Under the pieces are notes generated by a model. That model was not told the origin of the DNA. It saw nothing but the letters and a program-made list of their open reading frames with translations, and searched no databases. A program made the translations under genes and the position numbers. A stretch of DNA of 64,000 nucleotides from an uncultured bacterium (lineage in GTDB: Bacteria > Chloroflexota > UBA5177 > JANWHV01), in contig CAVSOU010000008.1 of NCBI GenBank assembly GCA_963729625.1, positions 160,001 to 224,000 of the forward strand, in the 5' to 3' direction. Numbering within the stretch: the stretch's first letter is position 1; every line of letters begins with the position of its first letter. This document shows, in pieces, positions 58,099 through 64,000 of the stretch.

Positions 58099-59445
58099 GT
58101 GTCATCTCATCGCGAGGCACCGGGCCTCTTGAACGATCCGGCAGCCGACAGCACCGACCTCTATGCTTTCGTCAGCCCCGATCAGCCGGACACCGTGACG
58201 ATCATCTGCAACTACGTACCGCTCGAGGCGCCGGACGGCGGCCCCAACTTCTTCCAGTTCGGCGACGACGTCCTCTATGAGATCCGCATCGACAACACCG
58301 GCGACGGCGTCGCCGAGGTCGTCTACCAGTTCACGTTTCACACCGAGGTGCGGAACCCGAACACGTTTCTCTATAACACGGGACCGATCACCGCGCTCGA
58401 CAGCGCCAACTGGAACCGGCGCCAGTTCATGAAGGTCACCAAGGTGGTGCAGGGCAAGTCGACCGTTCTCGGCACCGAGCTCGCCTGCCCGCCATGCAAC
58501 ATCGGTCCGCGGTCCACGCCCAACTACGCCACGCTGGCTCAGGCGGCCGTGCACACGCTGCCTGGAGGCATGAAAGTCTTCGCCGGCCAACGCCGCGAGG
58601 GCTTCTACATCGACCTGGGCGCGATCTTCGATCTCGGCGACTTGCGGCCGTTCCAGAATCTTCACCTGATCCCATCGCCGGCAGCCCTTGGGGTGGATGC
58701 GACCAAGGCGGCAAACGTGCATTCCATCGCCATCCAGGTACCGATGACCGACCTCACCCGCGGCGGGGTGAAACCGACCAATGCCTCGGATTCCCGCGCG
58801 GTAGTCGGCATATGGTGTGACGCGCGGCGCCAGAGGGCTGCGGTACAGGGGGAAGCGGTCGGGCCCTGGGGCCAGGTTTCCCGCCTTGGCAACCCGTTGA
58901 TCAACGAGGTCATCATCCCGATGGGGCGGAAAGACGAATGGAACATCAAGGATCCCGCGCAGGACTCGCTGTTCCTCAGCTACGTGCAGCATCCTGAGCT
59001 GGCCGGGCTGCTGCCCGTGCTGTACCCCCACGTGTTTCCGAACCTTGCCGCCTATACGAAGCCGCGCGCGGACCTTGCGGCCATCCTGATGACCGGCATT
59101 CCCTCCGGGATCGTACCCGGTTTCCAGAACTTCACGGGCGCCAAGCCCGCCGACATGCTGCGGCTGAACGTAGCCATCCCGCCGGCATCGACCCCCAATG
59201 TGCTCGGCGTCGTAGGCGGCGATCTTGCCGGGTTCCCCAACGGCCGCCGCGTGATGGACGACGTCTTCACCATCGAGCTTCGTGCCGTGGCAGGTGTGAC
59301 TATTCCGCTCGTCGACAAGTCCTTCACTCCGGACGGGGCGGCAAGCAAGGTATCGGACAATCTCACGCCAGCCGGCAATCGCTTCATGAGCACCTTCCCC
59401 TACCTCGGCACGCCGCTCGACGGCTACGGCACACCCGCCTCCTGA
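58099..59445 (+). CDS. DUF4331 domain protein (no signal peptide)
   Basis: SSHREAP, DSTDLYAF, GGPNFF.F, FAGQR, QVSRLGNPLINEV, DMLRLN, GFPNGRR, FPYL. Confidence 0.9.
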   Translation: MSSHREAPGLLNDPAADSTDLYAFVSPDQPDTVTIICNYVPLEAPDGGPNFFQFGDDVLYEIRIDNTGDGVAEVVYQFTFHTEVRNPNTFLYNTGPITALDSANWNRRQFMKVTKVVQGKSTVLGTELACPPCNIGPRSTPNYATLAQAAVHTLPGGMKVFAGQRREGFYIDLGAIFDLGDLRPFQNLHLIPSPAALGVDATKAANVHSIAIQVPMTDLTRGGVKPTNASDSRAVVGIWCDARRQRAAVQGEAVGPWGQVSRLGNPLINEVIIPMGRKDEWNIKDPAQDSLFLSYVQHPELAGLLPVLYPHVFPNLAAYTKPRADLAAILMTGIPSGIVPGFQNFTGAKPADMLRLNVAIPPASTPNVLGVVGGDLAGFPNGRRVMDDVFTIELRAVAGVTIPLVDKSFTPDGAASKVSDNLTPAGNRFMSTFPYLGTPLDGYGTPAS

Positions 59446-59819
59446 TTTCGACGGCAGCCGCCAGGGAGATTTCGGACCCACGTAGCCCACCACGGCGGGG
59501 CAGGCCTATCTCGCAATTCCACCGCCGCACACGCGGAAGACGACGGCACCCTGGGGTGGAGCGTGCTGTTGCCAACGCAACACGGCAGCTGGGTCCACCA
59601 GAATCCGAAAGCGCGGAGGGCGGGAGCCGGCTCCCGCCCTCCGCGCGCCGTTTGACGGGACCAGGGCCGCGGCGGCGTCACCGCACGGCGTCGACCGTCC
59701 CACGCTGCGTCGCTACGACACGCGACGACCGCTGGACGAAAGGCTCTCTACTTGTTGGCCGCTGCCCTGGCCAGGCCCGTCACGAGCGCGTGCAGGCCGA
59801 GCTCGAGTTGTAAACTCGG

Positions 59820-60047
59820 CTATCCAGGGACCTTTCGCCTGGCTCCGGCGGCGGTTCTTTTGCCGGTATTGGAGGCCCCGAGCAGGGGAGACCCCGCGCC
59901 CAGCAGGAACCCCAACTCATACCAGTTGTCAGCTCTGGCAGTATCGAAGAAAGGGTACTCGTGCCAGCCGCCAAAAACGTGGACGATCAGAATAATCAAT
60001 GCGGTGATGCCGTTCCAGAATCCCCAGAGCAGGTCTTGCCACCACAT
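59820..60047 (-). CDS. Small membrane protein
   Basis: GGGAG RBS; LWGFWNG...WYELGFLLG hydrophobic motif. Confidence 0.7.
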   Translation of the reverse strand: MWWQDLLWGFWNGITALIILIVHVFGGWHEYPFFDTARADNWYELGFLLGAGSPLLGASNTGKRTAAGARRKVPG

Positions 60048-60265
60048 GATGCTCTCCCGTGCCATGGCCAGAACATAGCATGGCCGATCCGGTTCAGCAA
60101 GGATCGCCGGGGTGCGTCTCCGACCTAGAACCGCTCCGCCTGGATCGCGTCAAGAATCTCGTCGCAGACATAGACACGGGGGTGCGTGTGGCCCGGGTCG
60201 AGGCGCAGGACGACGAGCGGGGGAGGGTACGTCACGTCAGACCTCCCATCCGCAGCGTCCATGGA

Positions 60266-61159
60266 TCAGATATCCGCAAACCATTTGCCGTCTACTGCCA
60301 CCTTTTCGATCATCTCAACACCCACGCCGAGACGCAGTTCCTTAAGCTTCTCCATCAGGCGATCGCCGTCAACCAGGTCAACTGGGGGAGCGCCGTCGCG
60401 CGCCGCTTCAGCCCGCGCATCGCGCGTGAAGGTGCCCGTGGTCAGCACAAGGCCGCGGTCGGCGCGTCCGATCATGGCGCCGCGAAAGTCACGGATCTCG
60501 CCTGCTCCGACACTGCCTCGGTAGCGTTTGCACTGGAAGAGTACAGGGAAGCTGAGCAGCCCGCCGAGTTGTACGAGACCAACGCCATCGACACCGCCAT
60601 CACCGGATCTGCCGGTCACCTTGACCTGGGTAAATCCCGATTCTCGAAGAAGGCGCTGGCACAATCGCTCGAAAGCGCCGGGCTCCAGTGCAAGCAACAC
60701 ACGCATAAGCTGACTCTGCCAGGACTGGTCCTGCTCGACTTCGGCGACGGCCTCCGTCACTGCCATGTCCCGGTCCCCATCAGCGTCCAGTCTCATCGCG
60801 GACGCCTGCGTGCCCTCGGTCTGCTCACCAAACCGTTGTGCTTTGATCCGCGAGCGCACGAAGCGCACGACCTCTTGTTCGTTCACGTGTTTGCAGTCTT
60901 TGCCGGCAGGCGTGAGCACCCACACTCCGCGCGAAGTATTGTCGAGCAGGCCGAACGCCTTCAGGTAGGTCCGCGCCCAGGCGAGTCGGTATTCGACTTC
61001 AGTGCTGTGGACACCATGCTGCTGCGCAAGGTCGGCCGGAGAGATCTGCAGGCTGCCAATAACCTCGTCTTCCATCTCGGCGATCGTCGCGGAGCCACCC
61101 AGCCGCTTCATCGCTTCCAGCACGGGGTTGAACAGCTGATGGTACTTTGGAACCGCCAT
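60266..61159 (-). CDS. mrr: Mrr-family type IV restriction endonuclease
   Basis: Mrr_N (VPKY, LGGSA, RLAWARTYLK, RGVW.LT) plus catalytic FERLC, SGDGGVDG, QCKRY, TTGTFT. Confidence 0.93.
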   Translation of the reverse strand: MAVPKYHQLFNPVLEAMKRLGGSATIAEMEDEVIGSLQISPADLAQQHGVHSTEVEYRLAWARTYLKAFGLLDNTSRGVWVLTPAGKDCKHVNEQEVVRFVRSRIKAQRFGEQTEGTQASAMRLDADGDRDMAVTEAVAEVEQDQSWQSQLMRVLLALEPGAFERLCQRLLRESGFTQVKVTGRSGDGGVDGVGLVQLGGLLSFPVLFQCKRYRGSVGAGEIRDFRGAMIGRADRGLVLTTGTFTRDARAEAARDGAPPVDLVDGDRLMEKLKELRLGVGVEMIEKVAVDGKWFADI

Positions 61160-61428
61160 TTCTGCTCCCTACAGAGTAGGTGAAGGCCAGACCGCGCAGT
61201 GTCGCGCGGCGGTCATGCCCGGGATACCACAGCTACTTTATCACCAAGCTGATCGGGAGAACAGCGTCAGCAATGCAGGAGCGATCGCCTGCTTCAACTC
61301 GGTAGGCGGCTGCTGCAGCCCAACGCTCCGCCGGATCTTGCGCGCCCGGGCAAGCCAAGCGCTACTGAGAGGAGGTGCGGCATTGGCGTGTCCGTCAGCC
61401 TCGCGTCGTGGCGTGCCGGGGCTGCCCG

Positions 61429-61851
61429 CTATAGCGTTTGGCGTGTGGCCAGGAAAAGCTCGACCCGATCGGTGGTCCAGGTGGCGAGACCGCTGCCAAA
61501 GAAATCGGTGTCCTCGGTCCAAATGGGACAGTCGAGGGCCAGCGCTGCGGCGAGGATAGGCCAATCGTCCTCATCCCGGAACCGCATGCGCTCGCGCGCA
61601 GGTTGCTCAAACGCTGCGTAGATTTCCTCGTCAACGCACTCGATGGCTAGGGTGAGTGCTTCAAGGACCGCAAGGGCTGCCGCCGCATCGATCCCGTGCT
61701 TTGGCACGATGCGCGGCAGGTGCTCACGCGCGTCTGCAAATGCGATGTCCGGCGCAAAGAACCGGACTGTTGCTGCATACTGTTCCAGGATGGTTCGCAC
61801 ACGCTTCCCGAACACGGCGCGGATGAGGATGTTGGCGTCGAGTACCAACAT
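61429..61851 (-). CDS. Type II TA toxin, PIN domain
   Basis: VLDANILI, RDEDDWP.LA.AL, IWTEDTDFFG.G..TWTT. Confidence 0.9.
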   Translation of the reverse strand: MLVLDANILIRAVFGKRVRTILEQYAATVRFFAPDIAFADAREHLPRIVPKHGIDAAAALAVLEALTLAIECVDEEIYAAFEQPARERMRFRDEDDWPILAAALALDCPIWTEDTDFFGSGLATWTTDRVELFLATRQTL

Positions 61852-61852
61852 G

Positions 61853-62119
61853 CTACGATCTGGCTTTGCGGCTACGGCGCGATGCTTGGAACTCGCGTAG
61901 CAGTTCATCCTCGCTTACACCGGCCGCGGTGATCTGTTCGTCGAGCACGGTTGCGGCAGCCCGAAGTGGTTCGAGGTCAACTGGCTTTGGGCGTGGGCGT
62001 GCCGGAATAAAGAAGCCGACCGTTTCGCCGTGGCGCGTGATAGCAATGGGATCAGCGCGGTCGAGAAAGCTGGCAAGCCTCTCGCGAAATTCGCGGATTC
62101 CGACTCTTTGTGCTTGCAT
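61853..62119 (-). CDS. Type II TA antitoxin, Phd/YefM-like
   Basis: VGIREFR..LA.FL...PIAITRHGETVGFFIP; AAGGAG RBS; directly upstream of the PIN gene. Confidence 0.88.
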   Translation of the reverse strand: MQAQRVGIREFRERLASFLDRADPIAITRHGETVGFFIPARPRPKPVDLEPLRAAATVLDEQITAAGVSEDELLREFQASRRSRKARS

Positions 62120-62131
62120 ATGATTCTCCTT

Positions 62132-62141
62132 TGTGTACACA
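62132..62141. promoter_or_regulatory. Palindromic TA operator
   Basis: TGTGTACACA next to the minus-strand -10 TAGCAT (62141-62146). Confidence 0.6.
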
Positions 62142-62272
62142 TGCTACCATATCTGACGCTTCGTGGCCTGGCTGTTGGCGGCGCGTGGTGCTATACCGAA
62201 GCCACGACGGGATCTACATCACGTTGTGCTGGTGAGCCGCGCTTCACTTGCAGGTTTCATCGTGGCCTCACT

Positions 62273-63955
62273 TTAGGGGATAGAGCCGTGCAAATCGGTG
62301 CGCGTGAGAGCATAGACCTCGACTAGTCCGGTTGGGCGGGTTACGGTGACCAGCCGATACTCGCTCGCCAGATCGCCCAGCACTCGGACGGTACCGGGAG
62401 CGCTCAACACGTCGGGCGTCGCGTGCCGTCGCCCAAGCACGAACACGTAGTCGACCTCGCCGCCGCTCGTGCTGTTGTAGCCCCGCAAGTCCACGTCCGG
62501 AGGCGTACTGCCCATGCCGTCAGGATGGAACTGGAGATGGAAGTATGGATCCAGGCGCGGCCGAAAGTGAAAATCATAGTAGGGAGTCCAGCCTTGAGCG
62601 TTGCCGAGGTCGATGCCGTGTCGCTCGGCGGCAATCCGGCTAGCTTCGTTGGAAAGCGGGTGGCTGTGCGGGTTGTCACGCACGCCATCCGGCCACAGGT
62701 TGATCTGCAGCATCGTGGACCCGGGACGGATGCTCGTGGCAATCGAATCGTATTCAGCCACCTGATCGCTGAAGGACTGATAAAAGGGTAGGCGGATCGC
62801 CAGCAGGACGATTTGAACCGCGATGGCCACCGCAACGGTCAGAGCGGAAAGCCGCTCCACGACAGGCTGGGAGGCAATCCACAGCACGAGCGCGTAGAAG
62901 GGGAACAAGGCCAGGCGTTCCGTGCTAAAACCACCACCGCTCGCGATCTTTTCGGGGGCGAGCACGATGGTGACAAGCGAGACGAGAGCAGCGGCGCCAA
63001 ACGCGTCCTCGCGGCGCAGTCTCAGCTGAGGGAGCCGGGAGCGCACGGCAGCGATGACAAGAATGGCGAGGAGTACTGCCAAGGCAAGGCAAGGAAGCTT
63101 TTCCCAGGCAGAGTACGAGAGGATGCCCAGCGAGAGGTCGAATACGCTCACCAACTGCCTCCATTGGCCTGGCGACAGGACGTTGGAGCCACTCGTGCCA
63201 TTGGCAAGCACGTAGGCGACGGTGAGGATAAGGCATGGAGTGGCGGCAATCGCGAACGGCGCCATGCGGCGAAGGTGGTCTTGAATGGCGACGCGCGGAG
63301 TACTCCCCCGCTTGTGCGCTTCCCACGCGTCGAAAGCCATTTCCCAACAGTACACCGTCCCGATGAAGATCACGGCTTCCAGGAAGGGCAACAGGTGCGT
63401 GGTGTAGGTGAGCAGCAACAGCAGCAACAGGACAAGCGTGTGCTTTGGATGCATTTCATTGCGGTGGCGGAACGCATAACCAACCGCAAGGAGGAAGACC
63501 ACAACCCCATAACTGAAACCGAAGAAGCCGAGCTGCAGTGTGGCGGTGAAGGTGAAGGGAAACGCAAGGAAGGCAAGCCAGCTGCGGCCCGGTCGCACGG
63601 CATTGACTGCGTAGCGCAAGGCGAGAGGCAGCGCTACGATGTAGCCGCCAAGCATGATCTTTTCGGCGACATTGGGCGTGAACACCTTTACCAGCGCGGC
63701 CAGCAGATACTCAGTACTGAGGTTCGGGGCTGTGTAGTTGGTGAGAACGTAATACCGGCTGTAGATGCCGCCGAAGTTGCCCAGCAGCACCGCAGCCTGG
63801 AGGTGCAACGGTCCGTCTTCCAACACGGGATAGCGGAACGTCGCGATGAGTGCCAGTTCACCGACAATAGTTGCAAGGAACAGCATGCCGGCAAGGGTCC
63901 GGGGCTGCAATCGTGTCCGGAGATTGGCGTCCACTCTCGAGCTCAGGTCAATCAT
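62273..63955 (-). CDS. Multi-pass membrane protein, possibly GT-C fold glycosyltransferase
   Basis: About 11-12 hydrophobic segments, first-loop acidic motif EDGPLH, soluble C-terminal domain. Confidence 0.7.
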   Translation of the reverse strand: MIDLSSRVDANLRTRLQPRTLAGMLFLATIVGELALIATFRYPVLEDGPLHLQAAVLLGNFGGIYSRYYVLTNYTAPNLSTEYLLAALVKVFTPNVAEKIMLGGYIVALPLALRYAVNAVRPGRSWLAFLAFPFTFTATLQLGFFGFSYGVVVFLLAVGYAFRHRNEMHPKHTLVLLLLLLLTYTTHLLPFLEAVIFIGTVYCWEMAFDAWEAHKRGSTPRVAIQDHLRRMAPFAIAATPCLILTVAYVLANGTSGSNVLSPGQWRQLVSVFDLSLGILSYSAWEKLPCLALAVLLAILVIAAVRSRLPQLRLRREDAFGAAALVSLVTIVLAPEKIASGGGFSTERLALFPFYALVLWIASQPVVERLSALTVAVAIAVQIVLLAIRLPFYQSFSDQVAEYDSIATSIRPGSTMLQINLWPDGVRDNPHSHPLSNEASRIAAERHGIDLGNAQGWTPYYDFHFRPRLDPYFHLQFHPDGMGSTPPDVDLRGYNSTSGGEVDYVFVLGRRHATPDVLSAPGTVRVLGDLASEYRLVTVTRPTGLVEVYALTRTDLHGSIP

Positions 63956-63958
63956 CCA

Positions 63959-64000
63959 TCAGGCCGCGGTCGCGGCGGCCGCCTCCTGCTCGTGCACCAT
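63959..64000 (-). CDS. Probable 3' end of an upstream gene (truncated by window)
   Basis: Open frame ...VHEQEAAAATAA-TGA ending just before the next start. Confidence 0.35.
   Translation of the reverse strand: MVHEQEAAAATAA

Noticed and set aside
58102-59493. 463-aa minus-strand ORF
   Set aside because: Antisense shadow of the DUF4331 gene
60059-61183. 374-aa + strand ORF
   Set aside because: Antisense shadow of mrr

Overview
High-GC bacterial chromosomal segment, most likely Chloroflexota. This is an inference from the T-box-regulated alpha2-type glyQS, F420-dependent enzyme families, a PspA-PspAA fusion and Ala/Thr-repeat secreted proteins. Housekeeping genes (folC 3' end, trxB, leuS, birA, xerC/D-like, PPi-type pfk, glyQS, msrA/msrB, rpsP-khpA-rimM-trmD, gmd/rmd-like, alternative sigma-70) are mixed with accessory modules: ArsR-CDF metal efflux, an XRE-STAND-TPR regulator with secreted cupredoxin-like partners, two type II TA pairs, Mrr, an Rhs core remnant, and DUF4331 with a small Tat-like partner. 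The most unusual observations are: (1) a co-oriented surface cluster pairing a thioester-less alpha-2-macroglobulin with a catalytically degenerate metzincin-like protein that carries an ANATATQVA-repeat stalk; (2) an unannotated self-contained promoter-RBS-sORF-rod RNA-terminator unit at about 7.4-7.6 kb; (3) a non-T-box attenuator-like leader before leuS; (4) a 6S-like structured RNA candidate and a REP/IS605-end-like element at 3.6-4.0 kb; (5) six DnaA boxes downstream of trmD with no dnaA nearby. Several single-base insertions (three in msrA, one at the GH18-like start) suggest possible indel errors in the assembly. No rRNA, tRNA or CRISPR array was seen. All family assignments come from recognising motifs by eye; no database search was run.
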